From positions 2,852,001 to 2,916,000 of the forward strand of contig CBFFSA010000001.1 of NCBI GenBank assembly GCA_965644495.1: DNA of 64,000 bases, given 5' to 3'. Shown piece after piece: positions 11,404-22,643 of the stretch; position 1 is the first letter of the stretch, and each line of letters begins with the position of its first letter. The position numbers were made by a program, and so were the translations under genes. Source of the DNA: Perkinsela sp. CCAP 1560/9. Taxonomy: Eukaryota > Protista > Euglenozoa: Kinetoplastea. Under the pieces are notes generated by a model that did no database searches, had not been told where the DNA came from, and saw only the letters and a list, made by a program, of their open reading frames with translations.

Positions 11404-12850
11404 CTACTTAGCCATTTGGGCGCGCTTGTGAATTACGAAGGGTGGAACGCCACGTACCATTGGCTTTTTCCCAGAAACAATATCCAAAGCATGTAAATCA
11501 ATATAGGGAATCGGATGTTTCGGCAAGAATGCAAACAATGATTTCGCGTTCCAAGTGCTGCTACAAACTGATTGAATCCCATCTGCAGACGCTTTAGTGA
11601 TACCCGTCCGGGCCCTTTCAGCAGGACGTGCAGGAATGCGCACTTCTTCATTCTTCATTTCCTCCTCGGCTCGCATGTCTTCTGGTGGTCGCGATGAAAA
11701 AGAGAAAAATTCACTCGAGCTCCCCAAAGCATCACACTTTCGACGATCACGATCTTTTACTTCGCTCTTCCCCGCGTTTGCAGACCTAATCGTTTCCCCC
11801 TCAACCCTATCCACCTCATCCCCCGAAACGTCACACAAATCCACCGTTCGGGTAACCCCCACCCCCTCCACCTGTCCCACCCTCCCCTCCACCCACTTCG
11901 CCGCCTCCAACGCCGCCCAATCCACCGCAGACCCTTTATCCACCGCACACAACCTCTCCCATCTCACCGCCTCAACCACCGCTCCCCCACCCCCCCTTCC
12001 CCCAATCCCCCCGATCGCTCCCCCACCCCTTCCCACCCCCTCCCCTCTCTCCTCCCCCCTCTCTCCCCCCGAACCTCTTCTTGTCCCGGTTCCACGTCCC
12101 CCTTCCTCCCTCCCCCCTCTCCCTCTCCCTCTCCCTCCCCCCACCCCCACCCCCACCCTCAAATACCCCCACCCCCCCTCCCCCCCTCCCACGCCCCTGC
12201 ACCGCTGCATCGTGCGCTGCACCGCACACACCCCCGGGTGGGTACTCCACCACCACCACGAGCCCCCCGGACACCCGCACGGCCCCCAGCGGGGTCGTCG
12301 GGTCGTCCACCACCACCAGCAGGTCGCGGCAGCCCAGGTGGGGGTAGGCCGTGAGGAGGGCCTCGAGCGCGGGGTCCGGGGACCCACCGGGGAGAGGGGA
12401 ACGGGGACGGCTGTTGTCGTTGTGGTTACGGGTGTAGTTCTGAGGAACCGTACTGGCCAGTACCGCCGCACAGGATCCCAGGAAGGGACAGAAGTAGCCG
12501 TGAAAGGGGTAGGGGGGTTGTTGGGGGTAGGGGTGTTGGAGTTGTTGTTGTTGTGGTCCGGGGGAGAGGGGGGGAGGGAAGGGGTATTGGAGTTTGCGTA
12601 AGGGGCTGTCGAGGGGGAGGGGTTTGAGGGCACGGGGTTGGGGGTGGGTTGGGGGATTTGTTGTGGGAAGTAAGGGGTTGGGGAGGGTGGGGTTGTGAAG
12701 GAGATCCCAGGGGTGGGTGTTGGCGTGGTGAAGGAGACGGAGGGCGGTGAGGGCGCCGAGGGAACGGGTGGGGTAGTGGTGGGGAGGGGAGGTTGTGGGG
12801 GAGGAGGTGCCAATACCGTAGACGAGTTTGGTGAAACGGGGTTCGGTCAT
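11404..12850 (-). CDS. peptidyl-tRNA hydrolase (Pth)-like protein with low-complexity expansions, split by a frameshift near 12235-12270
   Basis: The 292-aa frame has KLVYGIG..YPTRSLG and DLLVVVDDPTTPLGAVRV; the 469-aa frame continues HPGVCAV...YLRVGVG. Together they give the Pth motif order GLGNPG/TRHN/VVHDD.D.PLG..R/HNG/RLRIGIG. Confidence 0.6.
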
Positions 12851-13202
12851 GGGGAGAGAGGATGAGGGAGGGGAAAGAGGACGGGGGAAGGCGCCATGGG
12901 GGGTTGAATGTAAAGGAAGGAGATTTACTTTTCCATCTGTTTACAAAAGTTTTTGATAAAACAATCTCTTACATTGCTTTTTTACGATATTCTTATGGAA
13001 TGGTGGTTTATTAGAAATTGCATCGGATGCCCAGCAAACCTGTTGGCAGGCTATCTCTCTATTGCCAGAGTGGAACACGTGCGTATCAATTTGCGACGAA
13101 TATGAATTGAACACTGGGAATATCCTACCGAAGGAGAACAACACAGGTTGTTGATCAGAATATGAGCGTACACTGGTTTCGCTGAAGGCGAGTACTCACT
13201 GC

Positions 13203-14050
13203 GCCGAGCCTAGAAGACCCTCAACCACCATCCCCACCGTGCGACAACAGTTTCATACGATGGACCAACTCTGCCAGGAATTTCCCCCGGACTCAGCCCG
13301 CTCGGTCTTCAGCAGTGAAGGGGGGAGCCGAAGCTACCGCACCCTCCTTCCGGCTTGCGCACTTCAATAGGAACTCTCGTCCTTGTCGGAGCGCGAGGCC
13401 TTAATGAGGCGCCTGCTTACCATGGAGGCGGTGTGGGGAGCATACGTCGTCCAGAAAATCTGCAAGGCGTGCATAGCCCTCCTCAATGGGCCCACCTTCG
13501 CGGGGGAGCCCAAGGTATGTGGGGCGGCCCTGGAGGCTTTAGGATAGTTAAAATACCTAAGGTTGCGGCTCAACGCGACCAAATGTACGCTGGCCACGCG
13601 CCAACGCAGCCTCCTCTCTGAGTTCTCACAAACCAGAATGGCGCACTCCCCCGGAGGGGTTAAGCTACTAGGGGCTGTGAGACAACCATGGGGAAGGCCC
13701 CGTCAGCAAGAAAACTAGTCTGCATGAGGCAGATACAAAACGTTAATTACACCAAGCGGATGAACCCGTAGCCCAACAGGCGGGAGCACTATACGTGATC
13801 CTATATGGGAGACACCTGCGGTACCGGGTTGCCCTGACATCCAAGCCTGAGCTCCAATACGTGCGCGGCACAACCCTTTGAAACGAGAAGTTCTGTGTTC
13901 ATGCACTGGATTGCAAAAAGGTGAGAGGGAAGACCCACCTTCTAAATTAGAAGGTGCCATTAGACTAATGGCAATAGGGGTGGTCATTCAGAAGGGTAAT
14001 GCCCAGATCGTACAGGCGGCGGTTTCAGGACTGGTACCGCCGCGGGGTAC
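13203..14050 (+). mobile_element. decayed, internally deleted CRE-clade (SLACS/CZAR/CRE-like) non-LTR retrotransposon relic, copy 1
   Basis: Frame from 13260: ..VFSSEGG..ACALQ*EL..IALLNGPTFAGEPKVCGAALEALG*LKYLRLRLNATKC..GGVKLLGA (RT palm with YLDD decayed, LxLNxxKC, GxxLLGA). Downstream AIGVVIQKGNAQIV matches the CRE C-terminal 'S.A.QRGNA' motif. Confidence 0.7.
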
Positions 14051-14949
14051 TATAACTGGGCGAGGGGTTTGGGGGAGTGACGAAGAATTCCTAATGAATT
14101 CGAAGGCTCCTCTTCCTTCTACGGGCCATTCTTCAACTCACATCCTTTTTTTCGCCGCGTATTGCAGATCAGGAGCAAGCATGACGAACCAATTATCGGC
14201 GCGAAACAATCGGCAGAGGCATGTCAATGTTCATGCGAGGAGTAAGGTCGGAATTTCATCAGAAAGTGTAAATAAGCAAGAAAATATCCTTGAAGCGATT
14301 CGCTGTGCGAGCGAACTGTTTACAATGGTACCGGTTCTTGATGCAGCAGAACAAAATGACGAGGGCATACTTTCCCCTGAAAGTGGTGATCAGCCCTTTG
14401 TTTTGTAAAAGACTTCGTATTAACCACCAGTAGATAAGTTTGTGAAGGAGATCTCAGGGGTGGGTGTTGGCATGGAGGAGGAGACGGAGGGCGGTGAGGG
14501 CGCCGAGGGAACGGGTGGGGTAGTGGTGGGGAGGGGAGGTTGTGGGGGAGGAGGTGCCAATACCGTAGACGAGTTTGGTGAAACGGGGTTCGGTCATGGG
14601 GAGAGAGGATGAGGGAGGGGAAAGAGGACGGGGGAAGGCGCCATGGGGGGTTGAATGTAAAGGAAGGAGATTTACTTTTCCATCTGTTTACAAAAGTTTT
14701 TGATAAAACAATCTCTTACATTGCTTTTTTACGATATTCTTATGGAATGGTGGTTTATTAGAAATTGCATCGGATGCCCAGCAAACCTGTTGGCAGGCTA
14801 TCTCTCTATTGCCAGAGTGGAACACGTGCGTATCAATTTGCGACGAATATGAATTGAACACTGGGAATATCCTACCGAAGGAGAACAACACAGGTTGTTG
14901 ATCAGAATATGAGCGTACACTGGTTTCGCTGAAGGCGAGTACTCACTGC

Positions 14950-15797
14950 GCCGAGCCTAGAAGACCCTCAACCACCATCCCCACCGTGCGACAACAGTTT
15001 CATACGATGGACCAACTCTGCCAGGAATTTCCCCCGGACTCAGCCCGCTCGGTCTTCAGCAGTGAAGGGGGGAGCCGAAGCTACCGCACCCTCCTTCCGG
15101 CTTGCGCACTTCAATAGGAACTCTCGTCCTTGTCGGAGCGCGAGGCCTTAATGAGGCGCCTGCTTACCATGGAGGCGGTGTGGGGAGCATACGTCGTCCA
15201 GAAAATCTGCAAGGCGTGCATAGCCCTCCTCAATGGGCCCACCTTCGCGGGGGAGCCCAAGGTATGTGGGGCGGCCCTGGAGGCTTTAGGATAGTTAAAA
15301 TACCTAAGGTTGCGGCTCAACGCGACCAAATGTACGCTGGCCACGCGCCAACGCAGCCTCCTCTCTGAGTTCTCACAAACCAGAATGGCGCACTCCCCCG
15401 GAGGGGTTAAGCTACTAGGGGCTGTGAGACAACCATGGGGAAGGCCCCGTCAGCAAGAAAACTAGTCTGCATGAGGCAGATACAAAACGTTAATTACACC
15501 AAGCGGATGAACCCGTAGCCCAACAGGCGGGAGCACTATACGTGATCCTATATGGGAGACACCTGCGGTACCGGGTTGCCCTGACATCCAAGCCTGAGCT
15601 CCAATACGTGCGCGGCACAACCCTTTGAAACGAGAAGTTCTGTGTTCATGCACTGGATTGCAAAAAGGTGAGAGGGAAGACCCACCTTCTAAATTAGAAG
15701 GTGCCATTAGACTAATGGCAATAGGGGTGGTCATTCAGAAGGGTAATGCCCAGATCGTACAGGCGGCGGTTTCAGGACTGGTACCGCCGCGGGGTAC
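14950..15797 (+). mobile_element. CRE-like relic, copy 2
   Basis: Same sequence as copy 1 at +1747. Confidence 0.7.
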
Positions 15798-16696
15798 TAT
15801 AACTGGGCGAGGGGTTTGGGGGAGTGACGAAGAATTCCTAATGAATTCGAAGGCTCCTCTTCCTTCTACGGGCCATTCTTCAACTCACATCCTTTTTTTC
15901 GCCGCGTATTGCAGATCAGGAGCAAGCATGACGAACCAATTATCGGCGCGAAACAATCGGCAGAGGCATGTCAATGTTCATGCGAGGAGTAAGGTCGGAA
16001 TTTCATCAGAAAGTGTAAATAAGCAAGAAAATATCCTTGAAGCGATTCGCTGTGCGAGCGAACTGTTTACAATGGTACCGGTTCTTGATGCAGCAGAACA
16101 AAATGACGAGGGCATACTTTCCCCTGAAAGTGGTGATCAGCCCTTTGTTTTGTAAAAGACTTCGTATTAACCACCAGTAGATAAGTTTGTGAAGGAGATC
16201 TCAGGGGTGGGTGTTGGCATGGAGGAGGAGACGGAGGGCGGTGAGGGCGCCGAGGGAACGGGTGGGGTAGTGGTGGGGAGGGGAGGTTGTGGGGGAGGAG
16301 GTGCCAATACCGTAGACGAGTTTGGTGAAACGGGGTTCGGTCATGGGGAGAGAGGATGAGGGAGGGGAAAGAGGACGGGGGAAGGCGCCATGGGGGGTTG
16401 AATGTAAAGGAAGGAGATTTACTTTTCCATCTGTTTACAAAAGTTTTTGATAAAACAATCTCTTACATTGCTTTTTTACGATATTCTTATGGAATGGTGG
16501 TTTATTAGAAATTGCATCGGATGCCCAGCAAACCTGTTGGCAGGCTATCTCTCTATTGCCAGAGTGGAACACGTGCGTATCAATTTGCGACGAATATGAA
16601 TTGAACACTGGGAATATCCTACCGAAGGAGAACAACACAGGTTGTTGATCAGAATATGAGCGTACACTGGTTTCGCTGAAGGCGAGTACTCACTGC

Positions 16697-17544
16697 GCCG
16701 AGCCTAGAAGACCCTCAACCACCATCCCCACCGTGCGACAACAGTTTCATACGATGGACCAACTCTGCCAGGAATTTCCCCCGGACTCAGCCCGCTCGGT
16801 CTTCAGCAGTGAAGGGGGGAGCCGAAGCTACCGCACCCTCCTTCCGGCTTGCGCACTTCAATAGGAACTCTCGTCCTTGTCGGAGCGCGAGGCCTTAATG
16901 AGGCGCCTGCTTACCATGGAGGCGGTGTGGGGAGCATACGTCGTCCAGAAAATCTGCAAGGCGTGCATAGCCCTCCTCAATGGGCCCACCTTCGCGGGGG
17001 AGCCCAAGGTATGTGGGGCGGCCCTGGAGGCTTTAGGATAGTTAAAATACCTAAGGTTGCGGCTCAACGCGACCAAATGTACGCTGGCCACGCGCCAACG
17101 CAGCCTCCTCTCTGAGTTCTCACAAACCAGAATGGCGCACTCCCCCGGAGGGGTTAAGCTACTAGGGGCTGTGAGACAACCATGGGGAAGGCCCCGTCAG
17201 CAAGAAAACTAGTCTGCATGAGGCAGATACAAAACGTTAATTACACCAAGCGGATGAACCCGTAGCCCAACAGGCGGGAGCACTATACGTGATCCTATAT
17301 GGGAGACACCTGCGGTACCGGGTTGCCCTGACATCCAAGCCTGAGCTCCAATACGTGCGCGGCACAACCCTTTGAAACGAGAAGTTCTGTGTTCATGCAC
17401 TGGATTGCAAAAAGGTGAGAGGGAAGACCCACCTTCTAAATTAGAAGGTGCCATTAGACTAATGGCAATAGGGGTGGTCATTCAGAAGGGTAATGCCCAG
17501 ATCGTACAGGCGGCGGTTTCAGGACTGGTACCGCCGCGGGGTAC
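16697..17544 (+). mobile_element. CRE-like relic, copy 3
   Basis: Same sequence as copy 1 at +3494. Confidence 0.7.
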
Positions 17545-17933
17545 TATAACTGGGCGAGGGGTTTGGGGGAGTGACGAAGAATTCCTAATGAATTCGAAGG
17601 CTCCTCTTCCTTCTACGGGCCATTCTTCAACTCACATCCTTTTTTTCGCCGCGTATTGCAGATCAGGAGCAAGCATGACGAACCAATTATCGGCGCGAAA
17701 CAATCGGCAGAGGCATGTCAATGTTCATGCGAGGAGTAAGGTCGGAATTTCATCAGAAAGTGTAAATAAGCAAGAAAATATCCTTGAAGCGATTCGCTGT
17801 GCGAGCGAACTGTTTACAATGGTACCGGTTCTTGATGCAGCAGAACAAAATGACGAGGGCATACTTTCCCCTGAAAGTGGTGATCAGCCCTTTGTTTTGT
17901 AAAAGACTTCGTATTAACCACCAGTAGATAAGT

Positions 17934-18185
17934 TTGTGAAGGAGATCTCAGGGGTGGGTGTTGGCATGGAGGAGGAGACGGAGGGCGGTGAGGGCGCCGA
18001 GGGAACGGGTGGGGTAGTGGTGGAGAGGGGAGGTTGTGGGGGAGGTGCCAATACCGTGGACGAGTTTGGTGAAACAGGGCTTGGTCATGGAGGGAGAGGA
18101 CGGGGGAGGGGAAAGAGCGGGAAGGCGCCATGTGAAGTTGAGTGAAAGGGGGCTTTACTTTACCTTTCATTGAGTTTTTGTAAAA
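17934..18185 (-). pseudogene. diverged partial duplicate of the 5' end and upstream region of the Pth-like gene (fourth partial repeat unit)
   Basis: Aligns by eye to 12693-12945 with multiple substitutions and small indels. Confidence 0.85.
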
Positions 18186-18394
18186 AGAATCTCCTATTGT
18201 TTCTTAAAGAGGCTTTCATTTACGAATTGTTTATGTTGCAGGGAAGAGACCATTATTACGGAAATAATAGAAATCCATTCGATTTCGTTCGATAAGAATC
18301 ATAGAGGGTAATCAAAGTACAACCAGGGTATTTTCCAACAACCCCGTTTCAGCATAAATTACGCATCAGAACTACAGGCGAAAAGAGATGTCAT

Positions 18395-21300
18395 CTAGTC
18401 ACTATCTTGGTCTTTATACTTTTTGTCAAGTGCTGCCGATGCGATCGAACCAAGCGAACTTGTTGATGCTACAGGTGTCTTTTTGATTACAGGCTGCGAA
18501 ACAGCTTTTCGTTTTCTCATTACAGTGGTAGGTCTTTTTGGTGCATATTTTTCAACTATTGGCACGGTGGATGCCGTTGAAACATCTGCTACCTGAGTAT
18601 CCGAGCTTGGTACAATCGACGTAAGCAGAGACTGTAATTGATTGGGCGCGTCATTCCTCGAATTAGGATGAATTTTTTCAAAATCATCCATTCCGAATAC
18701 ACGTGTTTTCTTGAAGTCAGCTTTCTCTGGAGCATGCGTAGCTGAGGATGAACTAGCGGAATGAGATACTTTATCCTTTTCAAGAACAGCATCAGGTTGA
18801 TGATCAGCATCAGGTTCTTCTATTTCAACGTTGTTCATCATCTTTGTTGCAGATGATTGTTCGACGGGCGATTCGCTGCTTTTTTCGAGTATATTTCTTG
18901 TTTGATTGTGAACTGGACGTACAGATTGTGGATTTGGAATAGCGGAAGGAGGCAAAGAGGGCTTGACGGGGGATAATAATTTTTCTGTTAGTCGAGGCGA
19001 AGTAACTTGTTTTTGCCTTTCTTTTTCCCACTGAATTACTTTTCTAAATAAAGTATCCTTTTCTTTGTCGGATATTTCGTGTCCAGGATCGGGCAAGTCA
19101 CTTACGCGTTTCCTCTTGTGCTTCATCTTCCGAAGTGTAACTAATTTTTCCATCAATAACGTAAGCCGCTTCGTGTGACAGTGTCGAATCGCATTGTCTA
19201 ACGTACCCTGAAGTTCGAACAAACAGCTGATGTCCAAGGCACGAGCCGTTTGCTCTTCTTCGACAAAGGCGCAGAATAGTTCAAACAAAACTGAATCCAT
19301 TTGAATATCTTTTTGAGCAATATCCTCATTGTAACTCTTCGCTCGATTCTTTAGTTCGAGTAATTTACACCCTTGACGTAGCACCCACTCTCGTTGAACC
19401 TGCTGTCTCTCCGTTCCGATAAGTGCTATAGGAACGCGAAACTTTACGCGCTCCGCGGATTGTACAGTTCCGTACGAAGGATAGTACTTCTCGCTTACTT
19501 GCAGCGGCTGAGCCAGTATTGCATCTTCGGCAACACCCCATATCCAATACCTGGATGATCCTTCAATTGTGTTGTCTGGGTCGTACACAGGAAGCCACGA
19601 GTTGCCCCACGCGGCTCGCAGCATACACAGTAAGCCTTCTCGACTGGAGACGTAAAAAAAACCGTCCTCTCCCCAACCCATCCAACTAAGATATTTTACA
19701 GGTAACGAGCATTCTAGGATTTGTTGTTGTACGCTGGCGTTGTAAACGTGAAGGTGCAAATCAGAAAAGCTTTTCTCGTAGCACACAGCAACCAGATCAC
19801 GATCAACCTTTTTAGACGAAAGAGATGACATCGAAATGCATATGACGCGATGTGGGGACCGCATAACAGAATATTCGACTCCTGCATGAGTAAAAAACCT
19901 TATGTGCTTCGTTGTTGAGATAGCAGCACACCGGGTACCAACTGCAACAAGTTCGATTTCTTCATCTGGCGAAAGTTGAACCCTCCAATCTGCGTTCGTA
20001 CCGAGAGAAACGAAAGACTTATAGAATACGGACGTTGCTGTGGCAAGCATAGCTCCATTTTCACCCAAAGAAGCGGTATGAATTCCACTCTGTTCGTTAA
20101 TTCGTATTGCCAGTCGTCCGAGGTCATGAAAATGAATTGTAACTTGCTCCCCAACCTTGCATATCATACCGATAGTGTTGTAGCAAAGATAACACCCAGC
20201 ATCGCTGGGGGGAGTGGAACCGATGGGAACTAGCTCATGCAGGTGAACTGATACTGTTTCTGTAGGTTTTAAAATTGTAGGCCCTGGAGCCGAGCAAGAA
20301 CTGGCTCCCGTATTTCCATGGTATGAGAAGTCACTGTTTTTGTCCATTTCATCGAGATCTCCCTTTCTTTTGCCGGTCCGTGTTTCCACATCGGATAACG
20401 AATTCCCGGAGCCTTCGTCAAGGAGACTTGCATACGTCGATTTCCTAAGTGGGAGAACGTTGGAGGAAGGGATCTCCATCTCTCCTTCATCTTCCTCTTC
20501 TTCACTACCTTCCTCTGCTTCGTCATCAAGATAGCGGTTACGCACGCCCATAGACCGTAACTCCGTTTTTAAATCCGTCACAACCTCTTCTAAAGATTCA
20601 GATACTGGCGTTTTAGAATGTAAATGAGAGTCAATTTGAACGTTCGAAAATCCTAACTGATGATCAGAAAGACAAACTATCGCATCAGCAGAGATTCTTA
20701 TTTGAAAAGGCTCGTGTTCCAAAGAGAGAGTAGGTGCAATACTGTAAGTTTGTCTTCGAAGATTTAGTTTATACGGAGTGAGCTCCTTGGTCTTAATTCT
20801 ACCGGCAATACACGTCCTAGGTGAAACCAGAAATGCCGAAAACACGGAGTGTGAGTCCTGACTACGCATTTCAAGAACGAAATTTAAGCCATCCTTAGGA
20901 GAAAAAGCGTAAAGCGCTACGTTTGTTCCGGTAGGCACTGCGATGTAATCAATTCCATCAAAAGAGCAGCAACTTACCGCAATGCTCTGTGCCGATGCAC
21001 GACGCAGCGCCCCAGAAATTACAAGTTGTGAGTAATGTGAGACGTTCCCGGCTGAGGAGTCAAAAATTCGTAGCACTCCGTCATCTCCGAGCGATGCAAT
21101 ATGCTGAGTTGCCAACCTTAACCAGCAGCAAGCCAAGTGGTTGTAGCTTCGAGTGACCACCTCGTCTTCATGATGAGCTTGCATAAGTCGAATGTCACCA
21201 TCTGAAAGCAGCACTCTCAAACCCTCCCCGCCGAGAGCTATAGGACACTCCAGTGCCTTATCCTGATCCGAGCTAACTACTAAATTTCCTAAAGCCAAAC

Positions 21301-21598
21301 ATCGAACTGCAGAACTGGTTTGAAGCAACAACTTCCCATCCGGCTTCGCTATACTGTAACCGCGTACAGATCCATCGCGAGAAGCACTCACCATTATATC
21401 GGACTTCTCTGGGTGCAATTCCAGACAAGCGATCTCATCCTCGTGAGGTGAGGATCGGAGACCCGCGATTTCAGTGTCCAAGCACGACGTGTCGAGGCGT
21501 GCGATTTCACACCCCGAGTGGACAACCGTCAAGATGGTTCCTTCATCCGATAGGGCAACCTTGGAAATGCGAACGTCACAAAAATCGTACCACTGCAT
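18395..21598 (-). CDS. Ctf4/AND-1/WDHD1 replisome hub protein
   Basis: N-terminal WD40 (VSASRDGSVR, SLGDDGVLRIFD), acidic linker, SepB/Mcl1-mid region (PIGSTP..YLCYNTIGMI..VTIHFHD..LSWMGW..W.PV), helical domain with ARALDI. Confidence 0.85.
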   Translation of the reverse strand: MQWYDFCDVRISKVALSDEGTILTVVHSGCEIARLDTSCLDTEIAGLRSSPHEDEIACLELHPEKSDIMVSASRDGSVRGYSIAKPDGKLLLQTSSAVRCLALGNLVVSSDQDKALECPIALGGEGLRVLLSDGDIRLMQAHHEDEVVTRSYNHLACCWLRLATQHIASLGDDGVLRIFDSSAGNVSHYSQLVISGALRRASAQSIAVSCCSFDGIDYIAVPTGTNVALYAFSPKDGLNFVLEMRSQDSHSVFSAFLVSPRTCIAGRIKTKELTPYKLNLRRQTYSIAPTLSLEHEPFQIRISADAIVCLSDHQLGFSNVQIDSHLHSKTPVSESLEEVVTDLKTELRSMGVRNRYLDDEAEEGSEEEEDEGEMEIPSSNVLPLRKSTYASLLDEGSGNSLSDVETRTGKRKGDLDEMDKNSDFSYHGNTGASSCSAPGPTILKPTETVSVHLHELVPIGSTPPSDAGCYLCYNTIGMICKVGEQVTIHFHDLGRLAIRINEQSGIHTASLGENGAMLATATSVFYKSFVSLGTNADWRVQLSPDEEIELVAVGTRCAAISTTKHIRFFTHAGVEYSVMRSPHRVICISMSSLSSKKVDRDLVAVCYEKSFSDLHLHVYNASVQQQILECSLPVKYLSWMGWGEDGFFYVSSREGLLCMLRAAWGNSWLPVYDPDNTIEGSSRYWIWGVAEDAILAQPLQVSEKYYPSYGTVQSAERVKFRVPIALIGTERQQVQREWVLRQGCKLLELKNRAKSYNEDIAQKDIQMDSVLFELFCAFVEEEQTARALDISCLFELQGTLDNAIRHCHTKRLTLLMEKLVTLRKMKHKRKRVSDLPDPGHEISDKEKDTLFRKVIQWEKERQKQVTSPRLTEKLLSPVKPSLPPSAIPNPQSVRPVHNQTRNILEKSSESPVEQSSATKMMNNVEIEEPDADHQPDAVLEKDKVSHSASSSSATHAPEKADFKKTRVFGMDDFEKIHPNSRNDAPNQLQSLLTSIVPSSDTQVADVSTASTVPIVEKYAPKRPTTVMRKRKAVSQPVIKKTPVASTSSLGSIASAALDKKYKDQDSD

Positions 21599-21748
21599 GA
21601 AGGTTCATTGGAAATTATAAAGCTGACCTAGGTGCGAATTTAAGTAAACTTACTACAGTACATTCGAACTTACTAGAGCACAAAAAGGCATAAGAGAGTG
21701 TTGTTTTCTAGTCAAAGAGGAATAAAAAAAATCACCACCCGGTGCATG

Positions 21749-22327
21749 TCAAGTGTGCTTCTGCAGAAGAGCTTCGTATGCATCGTGAACAACATGGAAG
21801 TAGGTTGGGGAACCTCCTTGATTTTCAATCTTGTCCGGATGCGTCTTTAGCATTAGCCTTTTGTACGCTTGGCGTATATCGGCATTGCTTGCGGTTTCCG
21901 GAATATTCAGTATTTCATACGGAGAGAACGATGAATAAAATTCGTTCGACAGGCTGGGCACGTTACCATCTTTAGAAATGCGTTCTCTCATGCTTGTTCG
22001 GGATTTTGTGTGACTGGAAGCTCTGGCCAAATTAGAGGAATATTCGAAGCATTCCACGTTGTGCTTCGCAAGATGCCTCCGGGGATTCGTAAGATCAGTA
22101 ATATTCAACATTGGGGCGTCTGCATCAAGGGACGCATCCCCTACGTCCTTCGACTGAAAAAGCGGGTCTAATGATGAATCATTCAGCGTTGCAAAAAGCA
22201 TTGAATTTTGTATATTATTTACCGTTTCATTCGTAGCAGCCGTAAGTTTATGAGTTTCCCTACATGTGCCGGATCCTACGAGTCCTGAAGTTTTTTTTTC
22301 GGCTTCATCAGGAAAAAGCTCGTTCAT
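21749..22327 (-). CDS. DnaJ-domain protein (C-terminal J domain)
   Basis: SPYEILNIPETASNADIRQAYKRLMLKTHPDK...FHVVHDAYEAL. ATG at 22327. Confidence 0.88.
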   Translation of the reverse strand: MNELFPDEAEKKTSGLVGSGTCRETHKLTAATNETVNNIQNSMLFATLNDSSLDPLFQSKDVGDASLDADAPMLNITDLTNPRRHLAKHNVECFEYSSNLARASSHTKSRTSMRERISKDGNVPSLSNEFYSSFSPYEILNIPETASNADIRQAYKRLMLKTHPDKIENQGGSPTYFHVVHDAYEALLQKHT

Positions 22328-22643
22328 CAAATAAAGTAAAGCAAGTGACACAAAATCAATAGCTTAGCAAAATATTTTCCAGAGCGTCACGCTTACTTCC
22401 ACCTCTCGTAAAATACTATCCTTTCTACATATGGGGGAGCACGATATTCCTGTATGTCTGACATGTCGAGTCTGGCATGTGCGTGCTCTGACAAATTCCT
22501 GCATATCCTTTTATATAGGGCGATGTTTCTGACAAAAAAAAACTTTTCCAAATGACTTACCCGAAATGAACCTATCAACCAAATGATACATCATTGTGAT
22601 GGGTGCATTTTTACCATACACAGGAGGGTTTACCATGTACACC

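Larger units (their letters stand above)
12693..17933. repeat. tandem array of 3 x 1747-bp units (12693, 14440, 16187)
   Basis: ORF track repeats identically at offsets of exactly 1747; each unit begins TTGTGAAGGAGATC. Confidence 0.97.

Noticed and set aside
11597-12601. 334-aa proline-rich + strand ORF (extensin/formin-like look)
   Set aside because: By-product of C-runs antisense to the Pth-like gene.
13245-13265. ACAACAGTTTCATACGATGG resembling the SL exon core ACAGTTTCTGTAC in a tandem repeat
   Set aside because: No AACTAA start, no TTG/GT donor and no Sm site visible; it lies in frame within the RT relic.
13368-13547. In-frame TAG codons suggesting stop-codon reassignment
   Set aside because: Full-length genes end in TAG (PSMA3, Ctf4), TAA (Alba) and TGA (DnaJ), and conserved genes have no internal stops; the relic is simply decayed.
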